From a virus, in the IMG/VR virus record IMGVR_UViG_3300035670_000140, positions 12,367 through 76,366 of that record: a stretch of 64,000 bases of DNA; one strand, written 5' to 3'. The notes beneath the pieces are model-generated. The model was not told the DNA's origin, searched no databases, and saw only the letters and a program-made list of their open reading frames with translations. Below are positions 1 to 10,657 of this stretch, in pieces. Each line of letters starts with the position of its first letter. The first letter of the stretch is position 1. The translations under genes were made by a program, and so were the position numbers.

Positions 1-1
1 C

Positions 2-913
2 GAATCAATTGCTAAAATTAAATATAATGCCCCAAAATATTTTGGTACACAAGATCGTGCTGTTACTGCTGACGATTATGCTGCTATCGTTAGAAACATT
101 TACCCAGCGATTTCCGACATTATTACGTTCGGTGGAGAAGAAGACGAACCACCTGAGTATGGTAAAGTAAAAATCGTAATCAAACCATCATCTGCTAGCT
201 TCTTATCTTCTACTACAAAGAGAGATATTGTAGCAAAACTGAAGAAGTATATGGTTGCTTCGGTGATTCCAGAAATCATTGATCCATCAATTCTTTATAT
301 CGAAGCAACTAGTAATATCTACTATTCACAATCTATCACCACCCAGAGACCAGAGGAGATTAGAAATAAGGTAGTTTCTGGTGTAGAAGCATATCTAGCA
401 CAATCAACGGTAGAAAAGTTTAACGGAAAGTTTAGATTTAGTAAATTTGTATCAACAATTGATAATTCTGATCGTTCAATCAATTCAAATGCTACAACGA
501 TTAAAATGAGAAAGGATTTCTATCCTCAAATCAATTCTTCATCTTACTACGAGCTTTGCTTCCAGAATCCATTTGACAAAGATTGTGAAGGTCCAACGCT
601 TCAGTCAACAGGATTCAAAGTCACCGAGTTCCCTACCTACACAGTGTATTTCGAAGATAGGGATGGCATAATCGTCCTATATAGAATAGACAGTTTAACT
701 GGTGAAAAAATTACATTAAATGATTCTCTAGGTACAGTAGATTATGACAAAGGCGAAGTTAAACTATACAATTTAACTATCGTTCAAGGTAGTTTTGATG
801 ATAATAAGATTGAAGTACGTGTAAATCCACTTTCTAATGATATCAGTGCTTCAAGAGAAGTGTATCTAGATGTAGATATCAGCAAGAGTAAATTTACTGC
901 GTATCCAGAGTAA
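2..913 (+). CDS. gp6: Baseplate wedge subunit gp6, C-terminal part (5'-truncated by window edge)
   Basis: The frame is open from base 2 (ESIAKIKYNAPKYFGTQDRAVTADDY...GGEEDEPPEYGKVKI), matching the gp6/Baseplate_J 'Q-x-RAVT-x-x-DY' and 'PPEYGKV' motifs. The ORF-track start at 251 is an internal Met. Lies directly upstream of gp7. Confidence 0.92.
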   Translation, partial: ESIAKIKYNAPKYFGTQDRAVTADDYAAIVRNIYPAISDIITFGGEEDEPPEYGKVKIVIKPSSASFLSSTTKRDIVAKLKKYMVASVIPEIIDPSILYIEATSNIYYSQSITTQRPEEIRNKVVSGVEAYLAQSTVEKFNGKFRFSKFVSTIDNSDRSINSNATTIKMRKDFYPQINSSSYYELCFQNPFDKDCEGPTLQSTGFKVTEFPTYTVYFEDRDGIIVLYRIDSLTGEKITLNDSLGTVDYDKGEVKLYNLTIVQGSFDDNKIEVRVNPLSNDISASREVYLDVDISKSKFTAYPE

Positions 914-917
914 TTAG

Positions 918-3900
918 ATGGCTCCAAAGAAGAGAAGGATATCATCCCTGATTGAGTCTCAACTCCCAGGGTTTATAACGACAGAGTATGAAAATTTCTC
1001 TAAGTTTGTAGAAAAGTACTACGAACATCTGGAATCTGCTGGTCAACCACTAGACATAATCTCTAATCTCGACAAGTATAGAGATATAAACTATTACGAA
1101 GAGAATCTACTTAATCAATCAACTAGACTATCATCAAATATTTTAGCTGATTCTACTACAGTTACTGTAGATGATGCAACTTCATTCCCAGAAGAGAATG
1201 GTTATATCAAGATCGGAAGTGAAGTATTATTTTATCAAACTAGAACAGATACTCAATTTTTAGAAGTTTCTAGAGGAGTTAGTGGAAATACAACTCTAGG
1301 AGATCTATACGAGTCATCTTCATTTGTAACAACAGCTGCTGGTCCACATTATACTGGAGATACTGTATACAATGTCAGTAATCTCTTTTTATATGCCTTA
1401 GTAAAGAATTTCGAGCAGACTTATCTTGGTTCTTTCCCAGAAGCATATTTGAAGGGTGAAGTTGATAAGAGAACTTTAATTAAAAATATCAGTAACTTCT
1501 ACAAAGCAAAAGGTACTGATAGATCAGTTAAATTTATTTTTAACTCAATTATTGCTAAGGAACCATCAGATGTTCCAGAAATTTATAACCCAAAAGATTT
1601 TACTTTAAAATCTTCAACATCTGATTGGACAAAAGACTATTCACTGAAGGTAAAGATTAGTAATGGGGATCCAAATAGTCTAATTGGTAATACTATTACT
1701 CAAAATTTAGATGATTATGATACCAGCATTACATTTGCTTCCGCTGTTGTTGATAATGTGATTTTTATCGGCAATGATGGGCAAGATGACTTATATCAGT
1801 TAATTTTAGAACCAAGCACAGTTAATGGTAGATTTGAAGTATATGGCAGAACAACCACTACTAAAACTGTACCAAGTTCATATTCAACTGGTGATAGAAT
1901 TACTGTAAAATCGACATTAGGATTTCCAAAGCAAGGGAAACTTCTAATTGGTGATGAAGTCATTACTTACAATGACAAAAATGCTACTCAGTTTATTATT
2001 GATACTCGTTTAGGCCCAATAAGAAATCATAATTCAAACAAGACTGTCTATCGTTATTCTACTATTTCTAGCAGCAGTGTTAGACTTATTACATTAGGAT
2101 TAATTTATAATCTATCACCAATTAATGCTGCTCCATATTCATCGTCTGGAGAAATGATTCAGGTTTCAGAACCTGGATTTGAAACTTTAGATCCAATTGC
2201 TTTTGATAGAAATATTGGTAGAACTAGATGGTTGATTAATGAAAATCCAATTACAAACTTTGCTGAAATCAAAGGTGTAGAAAGTCCATTTTATTCAGAC
2301 GTTGCTACTGTTCTAGAAGATGAGCAATATTTCTACATCTGTTCCTCATCGTACCCATCTGAGAATATTTTAGTAAATACTAATTACAATGTAACATTAA
2401 GTGACCAAAAGCACCTGAAATTAATCAGAAAACAACCTATTACAACGACTGAAGTTTATCCAACTACAAATAGAGATGTTGGTATTTTTATTGATGGGGT
2501 TCCTGCTTTAGGTTATAAAGATAATGAATCTATTAAGTATGGAAAAATCGTATCATCGAGTATTACTAATAAAGGTGTTTCTTATCAAGCGCCACCATTC
2601 GTTCTTATAAACGAAACTCCAAACAAAGCTAGAGCAATATTGTCTGGTTCTGTTGTAGACTCTATTGAAATTTTAACAGAAGAAGTATTTACAGAAGATC
2701 CTGAAGTAAGAATTACATCTGGTGAAGGTGCTGTGTTAAGACCCGTTATTACTAACGGTAGTATTACTAGTATGGATGTACTTGATCCAGGTCAGTATTA
2801 TTCATCACCTCCTATTATTAGAATTGTTGATACTTTAGGTAAAGGTAATTTTGCTGAGTATGAAGCAGTACTGGACCCTAATGGTTCTATTATAGAAGCT
2901 CGTAAAATAGCAGGAGGAAGATTTTATACAAGAGGTAATACTATCGTAACTGTCGAACCTGTTGGTAAAAATGCTACTGCTAGGGCATCTATTAAAGAAT
3001 GGGTATTCAATAGATACGAAAAATTAAAGAATAACTTAGATAGTGATAACGGAACTGTTTTTGCTAGTTTCGATCCAAGCAAAAACTATGGTTATGCTTA
3101 TGTGGCAAATCCATTGAATGTTCGTAAAAGATCTTATGTTAGTTTGACAGATTTCACATCTGATGATGGATCTGTTCATTCTCCTATTGTAGGATATGCT
3201 TATGATGGCAATCCAATTTACGGACCTTATGGATACGAAGATCCAACAGATTCATCTTCCAATATTGTCAGATTATCTTCTGGTTATCAAATAAAGAACT
3301 CAAGACCAAGCGGACCAGATACTGGAAGATATCCACTAGGTAGTTTTATTGATGACTATAGATGGGTTCCTAGTGTTAATTCTGGTAAAACTGAGTTAGA
3401 TCAAAATAATGGCAGATTCTGTGTAACTCCAGATTATCCAAATGGAGTGTATGCTTATTTTATAACTATAGATTCTAGCGAAACACCTGTATTTCCTTAC
3501 ATTCTAGGTGTAAATTATTACTCTTTACCAGTAGATTCAAATTATAATTCATCTATTTCACAAGATGATATTCCACGTACTTTAAAATCGATTCGTTCTG
3601 ATGTATCAGAAAGAAACGGTAGTGGATTTATTGGATTAATTCAAGATGTAAAAAATGGAAATATAACTTCTGGTTATGTCGAATCATCTTTACCAATTCA
3701 CTCGCCAGGAAATGTTGTATACTTAAATAATTTTGAAACTGGTGGTAGTGGAGCTTCTGTTGTAGTAAATGAAGTTACTGGGAAACCAATTTCTTCAATT
3801 GAATCTATTCAAACAAAAGCTAATAGAATTTCCATTCAAGAAAGTGCCTACTTATTTGATAATGATCTAATTACACAAACTGATGCCGATGGCGCAGTTC

Positions 3901-6900
3901 TAGCTAATGGTAGATTAGTTGGAGATGTTTTTAATGCTAGCGAGTTAGTTTTAAGAAACGTCACTGGTCAGTTTAATTCTATTAGACCAATAGATTCGTC
4001 AACTCAAGTTTATAGATTGGTTCTCAATATTGATTCAAACTTTACAGTAAATTCAACATTAGTACTAAGAAATGACGATGATGAAGTTATTGCTCAAGGT
4101 ATTATTTTAGAAACTATTGTAAGACAAAATTCAGTTAAAGTTAAGTTAACTAGTGGAGATTTTATTGTTACTGAAGACTATTATCTGCGTAGTTCTAATT
4201 TAAGTGATACAAATAGAGCGGAAATTATTTCGTTAGAGTCTTTGAGTAGAGATTTAACACCATTTAACGTACAAGAAAATATTGCTATTGTACAAACATC
4301 ACAACCACATAACTTAGGTGTTGGGGATTCTGTTAATATTGATGTAATTCCTAATGACGCTGTTTCCGAAACTCAATACTATGTAAGAAAAAGACTGTAT
4401 CAGAATGCTGTAGCACTTGCTCCATCACATACTTCTAATATTATTGATCAAGGTATTGGTAGTGCTGATGTTTTAAATTCTGGTAGAGGATATGGTGTAG
4501 GAACATATACAGATGTGGAATTGATATTCCAAGATGTCAATAAAGCAAGAACTAATATTGGCAAACCAGGAGATCTCAATAACGCCAAAGCTACTATTAT
4601 CGTTAGCAATCCTGGTGTTAATGGATCTACTGTAACTTCAGTAATTATAACTTCCAAAGGAAAGGGGTACAGAAAAGGTGATGTTCTCACTGTAGATGAT
4701 GATGATCTTAATAGAAATGTTTCTGATACATCACCACAAAGATTGGTATTAGAAGTTGATCACGTTGGTTTTGCTGCTAATAATACGGTTCTGAAGCTTT
4801 CTAACGTTAATAATATTTCTCAAGATGATTATCTTCAAATAAGTCAAGAAATTGTAAAAGTAGTATCAGTTGATGTAATTAAAAAGGAAGTTGTTGTATC
4901 TAGAGGGCAGCAAAATACAGTTCCTTTAAACCACTATAATGATGCTGAAGTAACATTAAAAGATGGTTTCTATAGATTTGACAATAATTTCAGACCATTT
5001 GGTTCTGACATGTTAAAACCATTCTTGATTTCATATGACGAGAACACACAAAATATTAATGTTGCTTTTGAATATTCCGTTCAAAATCCACAGAAATTAT
5101 CAATCAGCTCTACTTTCTTTGACGAAAGTCTTCCAAAAAAATTAGTTAAGTTTAGATCTGTTGATGAAGCTAATTTCAAATTAGAGTTTTCCACAGATAA
5201 TTCTAATTTCGATACAAATCCAATTATAGAAATACAAAAATATTACAAGTATAATTTTGACGTAGGTCATCCTTCCATGGGAGATACCTATCTAGATTTC
5301 TCTTCGAGTTCTAACTATAATATTTTTACAGAAGAAAAAGAAGTTAGTACAATTGCTCCTGGAAACTCAGGATCATTTGTTTCTATAAAATTGGGATTTG
5401 GTCCTGCTATTGCTAGCAATACATATCAGGAAAGAAAAGCAGTAAACTTCCAGAATTATTTTTATTTCATTAAGGTTTCTCCCGATGTAGATACTGGTCG
5501 ATCATATTTAAAAATTGTTGATGATCCACTTGCTGGTACTAAAAATGTAATCTACACAACTGCTAATAAGTTTGTATATGAATTAGACAAAACTCCATCA
5601 TATGATGGAAGTGGTGTAATGTCTTACACAACAACTGCTAGGAATGCTATTGGTCAAATTAAATCAGTTAGAGTAGTTAACACTGGGGAAAATTATAAAT
5701 TTATTCCTACTGTGTTTGGTGTTTCTCCAGCAGAATCTAATGAAGCTATTGTTGATCCAATATGGGATCCTATATCAAAAGATGTGTTGGGATTTAATAT
5801 TTTAGAGCAAGGTAATAACTATTCTAATCCAATTATTGTAATGAGTGATGGAGATGGAATTGGATTTGAATATGAATGTTTGGTAGAATTAGGAAAAATA
5901 AGACAGATAAAAGTTATTAAAAAAGGTTCTTCTTTTACATATAAACCAACATTTAAAGTTGTAGAATCTAATGTGAAAATCTATATGGAATCCAATAATA
6001 TTGGATCCCCACGAAATGTTAAAATTACAAATCCAGGAAGAGGATTTAATTCAGATCAATCACAACTAAGCACATACAAATCACCAACTACTTTTGTTTT
6101 GAGAAACATAAGTGGAAGATTTTTTGCTGGAGAAAAAATTATTCAACCATCCACAAATGCTACTGCTATAGTAGCAAAAGATGGATGGAGAGAGGGTAGT
6201 AACTTACTCAAAGTTCAAAAAATTACTGGTGTATTTGAAAACGGTACTGTTATTAAAAGTACAAAGGACAATGGTAGATTTGGAACTTTATATGCTCAAT
6301 TATCTACAGAGTTCAAACCAGAAATAAAATCATATGTAGATAACGTAGGTTATTTTACTTCTGATAGAGGTAAATTAAGTAATGCCAATCAAAGATTACA
6401 AGATTCTTATTTTTATCAGGATTACTCATATGTCGTAAAGTCTAAGTCTTCTATTGAAGCTTGGAGAAATCTAATCAAAGAAACTACCCATCCTGCTGGT
6501 TTCTTGATGTTTGGTGAAATGGTTATTGACTCTAAGGCAGAGAGTCAAATGCCTACTGAGCAACAACCAATATCACATTTTAGTGTTATTGAATTAGATC
6601 CAATTCAAATTACATCTATTTCTACTTCTAAGATCTTAACTGTTGTTCAATACAAGTTAGAGTCGTTAATTTTAGAAGATGGTATTGGATCAGTTTCTGT
6701 TGATACATTTGATACTTCCGAAACTCAAACATTTGATGTTAAGTTGTCTCCAGAGTTTAATGGAGACTTTGATCCAGACACAGGTCAGTTAATTGGTAAT
6801 ACATCATTTACTCTTATTAATAGAGCGAATAATACAGCAGTAAGTTTAAATAATTCCCAACAATTAATTGTAACTTTAGATGGTATTTTCCAAGAACCTG

Positions 6901-9900
6901 GAGTATCATATACTGTTTCTGGATCTAATATTATATTCTCCGCTCCACCACTAGGAAAGAGAATTGTAGAAGGTCAAGAAGTCGAAGCTGTTAAGTTTTA
7001 TGGAAGAGCGATTAAGTTTAAAACCCCTTCATTATCATCAAGATACTTTAGAAAAGTAAAATCGATTGCTAATCAATTTGATGGAGTACAGTTCGAATTT
7101 GACTTATATTGGGAAGATGATAATTCATTAGTAAAAACTGATCCCAAAGAAAATTTAATTGTAGCACTCAATAGTGTTGTACAGAAAGCAAGATTAACTG
7201 AGAAAGAACCATTTGGAAATTCTTACAGTATTATTAGATCAGAAGATCCAGCGGTTACTGATAAAATTAGATTTTCCAAACCACCTGTTGATAACGAAGA
7301 TCTATATGGACCTCCAGAAGAAATTCCAGAAAGTCTAAAAAATTACGAAAAATGCTTTATCTATAGCGTCGGTAGTTATGAAAGATTGACTATCAATTCT
7401 AATCTATATGAGTATAGATTTGCTGGACCTTACTTAATTCAGGATGAAGTTACTGGTTCTATTAGAAAAATTGATGAACCTAGATATGCTCTGGTCTTTA
7501 TCGATGGTGTTCTACAAAGAGATGTAGATGCCTATCAAATTGTAGGACCTAACATTACTTTCACTCAAAACTTAAAAGTATATCAAGATCCTAATGGCGA
7601 TAGAATTACTCAAGATGTAAATATTATCTTGATGTATGGTAGAGATGTAGCAAAGAGTTTAACTTTCTATGATTTCGAACCATATACTTTCAATAATACA
7701 TTAATTGTAACTTTAGAAGGTGATGATATTTCTTCCAAATTTATAAAGTTATACAATTTTAATTCGCTAAGTGTTAATTATTTTAAGCAAGATGATACTA
7801 TTGTTGGAAAAGTAATTCGATATACTGAATTAAATAATGACAAAATAGAAATTTTATTCCAAAATCCAAAAAATATTAGTTTAAATCAAAATGAATTAAC
7901 ATTAGTTAACGTATCTAAAAATTCACAAGAAACTGTTTTAGCTGGTAATTATACAATATCATATTATTATAAAACCGATTCTGACGGCGAAAGAGTTTTA
8001 GAAAGAACTATTCCTTCATGGCTTTATGGATCTCAGTTGGGTAATGTAGCTTGGAGCAATAAAAATTCTATGCTTGGCAATCTTTTGCCTGGTGATAGAA
8101 TTTTAATCGATGGAGAAAATGATTTTAGAACTATAATTTCAACACCAGACACTACTAAAACTAAGTCTTACCGAGATGGAGACTTGGTACAAAACGAATA
8201 TTATGCTAATACTAAAACAACAAATTACGAGGGAGACACTCAAGGTGAAGGTCTAAGTATTACGGCAAATGTAAATTCTTTTGGACAAATTACTACATTA
8301 AATGTTTCTGATGTTGATTGGAACCAAAGAGATCTTGATTTATATTTTGAACAAGGAATTCTACTTCAACCAACTGCCTACGAATATTACACAACGCCAG
8401 AAATTCATTTCATTCCCGTTGATGGCAACGGTGGTGGAGCAAAAGCTGAAGTAATTGCTTATGGCGGTCAAATTCTTGATGTTGTATTAATTGATGGTGG
8501 ATCTGGATACACAGCACCACCAAAAGTAGTTGTATCAAGAAGATACAAGAGAATTAAAGAATTAAGTCGTAAAGTTGATTCGTTGACAGTGCTGAATATT
8601 GGTACTGAAATTAGCGTAAAACAAGAGATTGTTTCTGATTCTCAAATCACTATTACTGGTGCTGGAGATATTTCTGGATTTATTTCTGTTGCTACTTTTG
8701 GTGGATTCGTTGCTGGAATAAACAGTGATATCGATATAACAGAAATTGTATTACCATCACCAAAAATTGTGAGGATGACTGACAAGAAATTTGTCAGTGA
8801 ATTTACTGTACAATCTCCAACTATTGAAGTTTATTATATTGATAGATTAATTGATTCTTATGTATCCGTAGTAATTGGCGGCGTTTATGGATTCGAATCT
8901 AGTGCTTCTATTCAAACTATCTCGGTTGACGAATTAACTTCAATTTTCCAAATTAAAGCTAATAAAGCATTTAGACAAGAAAAAGCTGATTCTGTTAATG
9001 GAATTGGAACATTTCTCGATGCTCCAATGGATCTTAATGATGTTATTGCTTTTGTTCCTAATACAGAAAGATTCCCAGATACTCCAAGCAGACTTAGAAT
9101 TGGTCGTGAAGTAATTTACTATACCAACAAGAAGCAAGATCGTTTCTTGGGTTTAACTAGAGGATATCAAGGAAGTCCACTAGAAACACATAATGCTGGA
9201 GATTTAGTATTACATTATCCAGAATTTATTACTATTGTTTCTGGTGGTATCAATACTATCCTCAGTGAAGGAAGTGTTTCTTCCAGTGACATTACTGTTT
9301 TAGAACAAAAGACATCTATTCAATCTATTATAGAAGTTAAGCAATTTGAAGAATCTTATAATGAAATCGATGTTAAACTACAAGTAGAATCTCCTAAAAC
9401 TTTCCAACCAAAAGCTTTACCTTGGATTGCTATTATTCCAAGAGATTCTTATAATATTGTCACCGAAACTTATTCTTCAGTTTCTTATATAACTCCAATT
9501 AATGCTCCATCTGCCCAAGTTGTTGGATCTGTTGTATCTCAAGTTGTTACATTAAATGAAAGAGAAATTCAGTTAACATCTGATCAACAAATTCAATTAG
9601 ATACTTCCGCTGTTATTACATCAGTAAGTATTGGAAATATTGCCGCCACAATATCATCTTCATCGGCACTTGTTTCTTCTTCTTACGAAACAAGTGAAAT
9701 TACACTATCACCTCAAATTCAAGCTGTAAACACTTTCACGACATTCTCCACTCAAATTATAGAAAATGTTCAAACATCAGATTTAGATATCCAATCATAT
9801 AGTTCAACTGTAGTTTCATTAACTTCATTTGCTGGAAATGTAACATCGTTGATCAGTAGAGAAACTGTAAATGATCCATTTGTAATGTATCACAATACAG

Positions 9901-10616
9901 AATTAACAGCTACTGTTGCTGATATTAATACATTTTCTTCAACAGTGACGATGCTTATTGGTGGAGGTTTTGCTTCTGGTTCCACAAGAGAAACTGATTA
10001 CAGATTTTCTTATGTTGATTTCTTGATTGAAGAATATGTGTTAGAAAATTTTATAGTACAAAGAAGTAATAATGTTGTTAATTTAGATACTCCGTATAAT
10101 GAAGTTTTTAATAGAAACGGTTCTTCAATTACTGTTGATAATAAAAATCAATATTCTCCAGAAGGATTTGAAGATTATACTTTAGGAAACGCTGGTCTTA
10201 CTCTAGACATTTATGAATCCACAGCATTTGTTGATACTGGTATAAATTACGGTACTAGCATTAATGATGTAGATTTAATCTATTCTGGATTAACTATAAA
10301 AGACTTTGAAATTCGATCGAATTCAGCTTTTACTTCCAATGGGACTAGATTTAATTTTGGTATACCAACATATCAAACTCCAGTAACTATTTGTGCTGCT
10401 GGTGGATCTATTGGAAATACATTACAAGTTCAAAATACTGATTACTTTAGCAATCCATCTGTTACTGGAATCCCAGTACACTACTTGTTTACTGAATCTG
10501 GCACAGTTCTTTCATATACAGGATTAACACAAACAACATTTACAGGAATTTCTGTTGTTAGGGGGCCCGCATCTATTAACATAAATGATGATATTATTCC
10601 CTTCACAATTGTATAA
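918..10616 (+). CDS. gp7: Giant baseplate wedge initiator, gp7-like (3232 aa), with YHYH-like domain and repeated beta modules
   Basis: Located between gp6 and gp8. N-terminal 'ISSLIESQLPGFI...F..FVEKYYE' and 'LIKNISNFYKAKGT'; internal 'LQDSYFYQDYSYVVKS...HPAGF' typical of cyanophage gp7-like wedge proteins. Confidence 0.8.
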   Translation: MAPKKRRISSLIESQLPGFITTEYENFSKFVEKYYEHLESAGQPLDIISNLDKYRDINYYEENLLNQSTRLSSNILADSTTVTVDDATSFPEENGYIKIGSEVLFYQTRTDTQFLEVSRGVSGNTTLGDLYESSSFVTTAAGPHYTGDTVYNVSNLFLYALVKNFEQTYLGSFPEAYLKGEVDKRTLIKNISNFYKAKGTDRSVKFIFNSIIAKEPSDVPEIYNPKDFTLKSSTSDWTKDYSLKVKISNGDPNSLIGNTITQNLDDYDTSITFASAVVDNVIFIGNDGQDDLYQLILEPSTVNGRFEVYGRTTTTKTVPSSYSTGDRITVKSTLGFPKQGKLLIGDEVITYNDKNATQFIIDTRLGPIRNHNSNKTVYRYSTISSSSVRLITLGLIYNLSPINAAPYSSSGEMIQVSEPGFETLDPIAFDRNIGRTRWLINENPITNFAEIKGVESPFYSDVATVLEDEQYFYICSSSYPSENILVNTNYNVTLSDQKHLKLIRKQPITTTEVYPTTNRDVGIFIDGVPALGYKDNESIKYGKIVSSSITNKGVSYQAPPFVLINETPNKARAILSGSVVDSIEILTEEVFTEDPEVRITSGEGAVLRPVITNGSITSMDVLDPGQYYSSPPIIRIVDTLGKGNFAEYEAVLDPNGSIIEARKIAGGRFYTRGNTIVTVEPVGKNATARASIKEWVFNRYEKLKNNLDSDNGTVFASFDPSKNYGYAYVANPLNVRKRSYVSLTDFTSDDGSVHSPIVGYAYDGNPIYGPYGYEDPTDSSSNIVRLSSGYQIKNSRPSGPDTGRYPLGSFIDDYRWVPSVNSGKTELDQNNGRFCVTPDYPNGVYAYFITIDSSETPVFPYILGVNYYSLPVDSNYNSSISQDDIPRTLKSIRSDVSERNGSGFIGLIQDVKNGNITSGYVESSLPIHSPGNVVYLNNFETGGSGASVVVNEVTGKPISSIESIQTKANRISIQESAYLFDNDLITQTDADGAVLANGRLVGDVFNASELVLRNVTGQFNSIRPIDSSTQVYRLVLNIDSNFTVNSTLVLRNDDDEVIAQGIILETIVRQNSVKVKLTSGDFIVTEDYYLRSSNLSDTNRAEIISLESLSRDLTPFNVQENIAIVQTSQPHNLGVGDSVNIDVIPNDAVSETQYYVRKRLYQNAVALAPSHTSNIIDQGIGSADVLNSGRGYGVGTYTDVELIFQDVNKARTNIGKPGDLNNAKATIIVSNPGVNGSTVTSVIITSKGKGYRKGDVLTVDDDDLNRNVSDTSPQRLVLEVDHVGFAANNTVLKLSNVNNISQDDYLQISQEIVKVVSVDVIKKEVVVSRGQQNTVPLNHYNDAEVTLKDGFYRFDNNFRPFGSDMLKPFLISYDENTQNINVAFEYSVQNPQKLSISSTFFDESLPKKLVKFRSVDEANFKLEFSTDNSNFDTNPIIEIQKYYKYNFDVGHPSMGDTYLDFSSSSNYNIFTEEKEVSTIAPGNSGSFVSIKLGFGPAIASNTYQERKAVNFQNYFYFIKVSPDVDTGRSYLKIVDDPLAGTKNVIYTTANKFVYELDKTPSYDGSGVMSYTTTARNAIGQIKSVRVVNTGENYKFIPTVFGVSPAESNEAIVDPIWDPISKDVLGFNILEQGNNYSNPIIVMSDGDGIGFEYECLVELGKIRQIKVIKKGSSFTYKPTFKVVESNVKIYMESNNIGSPRNVKITNPGRGFNSDQSQLSTYKSPTTFVLRNISGRFFAGEKIIQPSTNATAIVAKDGWREGSNLLKVQKITGVFENGTVIKSTKDNGRFGTLYAQLSTEFKPEIKSYVDNVGYFTSDRGKLSNANQRLQDSYFYQDYSYVVKSKSSIEAWRNLIKETTHPAGFLMFGEMVIDSKAESQMPTEQQPISHFSVIELDPIQITSISTSKILTVVQYKLESLILEDGIGSVSVDTFDTSETQTFDVKLSPEFNGDFDPDTGQLIGNTSFTLINRANNTAVSLNNSQQLIVTLDGIFQEPGVSYTVSGSNIIFSAPPLGKRIVEGQEVEAVKFYGRAIKFKTPSLSSRYFRKVKSIANQFDGVQFEFDLYWEDDNSLVKTDPKENLIVALNSVVQKARLTEKEPFGNSYSIIRSEDPAVTDKIRFSKPPVDNEDLYGPPEEIPESLKNYEKCFIYSVGSYERLTINSNLYEYRFAGPYLIQDEVTGSIRKIDEPRYALVFIDGVLQRDVDAYQIVGPNITFTQNLKVYQDPNGDRITQDVNIILMYGRDVAKSLTFYDFEPYTFNNTLIVTLEGDDISSKFIKLYNFNSLSVNYFKQDDTIVGKVIRYTELNNDKIEILFQNPKNISLNQNELTLVNVSKNSQETVLAGNYTISYYYKTDSDGERVLERTIPSWLYGSQLGNVAWSNKNSMLGNLLPGDRILIDGENDFRTIISTPDTTKTKSYRDGDLVQNEYYANTKTTNYEGDTQGEGLSITANVNSFGQITTLNVSDVDWNQRDLDLYFEQGILLQPTAYEYYTTPEIHFIPVDGNGGGAKAEVIAYGGQILDVVLIDGGSGYTAPPKVVVSRRYKRIKELSRKVDSLTVLNIGTEISVKQEIVSDSQITITGAGDISGFISVATFGGFVAGINSDIDITEIVLPSPKIVRMTDKKFVSEFTVQSPTIEVYYIDRLIDSYVSVVIGGVYGFESSASIQTISVDELTSIFQIKANKAFRQEKADSVNGIGTFLDAPMDLNDVIAFVPNTERFPDTPSRLRIGREVIYYTNKKQDRFLGLTRGYQGSPLETHNAGDLVLHYPEFITIVSGGINTILSEGSVSSSDITVLEQKTSIQSIIEVKQFEESYNEIDVKLQVESPKTFQPKALPWIAIIPRDSYNIVTETYSSVSYITPINAPSAQVVGSVVSQVVTLNEREIQLTSDQQIQLDTSAVITSVSIGNIAATISSSSALVSSSYETSEITLSPQIQAVNTFTTFSTQIIENVQTSDLDIQSYSSTVVSLTSFAGNVTSLISRETVNDPFVMYHNTELTATVADINTFSSTVTMLIGGGFASGSTRETDYRFSYVDFLIEEYVLENFIVQRSNNVVNLDTPYNEVFNRNGSSITVDNKNQYSPEGFEDYTLGNAGLTLDIYESTAFVDTGINYGTSINDVDLIYSGLTIKDFEIRSNSAFTSNGTRFNFGIPTYQTPVTICAAGGSIGNTLQVQNTDYFSNPSVTGIPVHYLFTESGTVLSYTGLTQTTFTGISVVRGPASININDDIIPFTIV

Positions 10617-10625
10617 ATATAAATA
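10612..10625 (+). promoter_or_regulatory. Two overlapping T4-type late promoters (TATAAATA at 10612 and 10618) upstream of gp8
   Basis: Sequence tataaatataaata contains two exact matches to the gp55 late consensus; overlaps the gp7 stop. Confidence 0.75.
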
Positions 10626-10657
10626 AATCAGACAAAACTTTTACAGAGAGATTTTCA

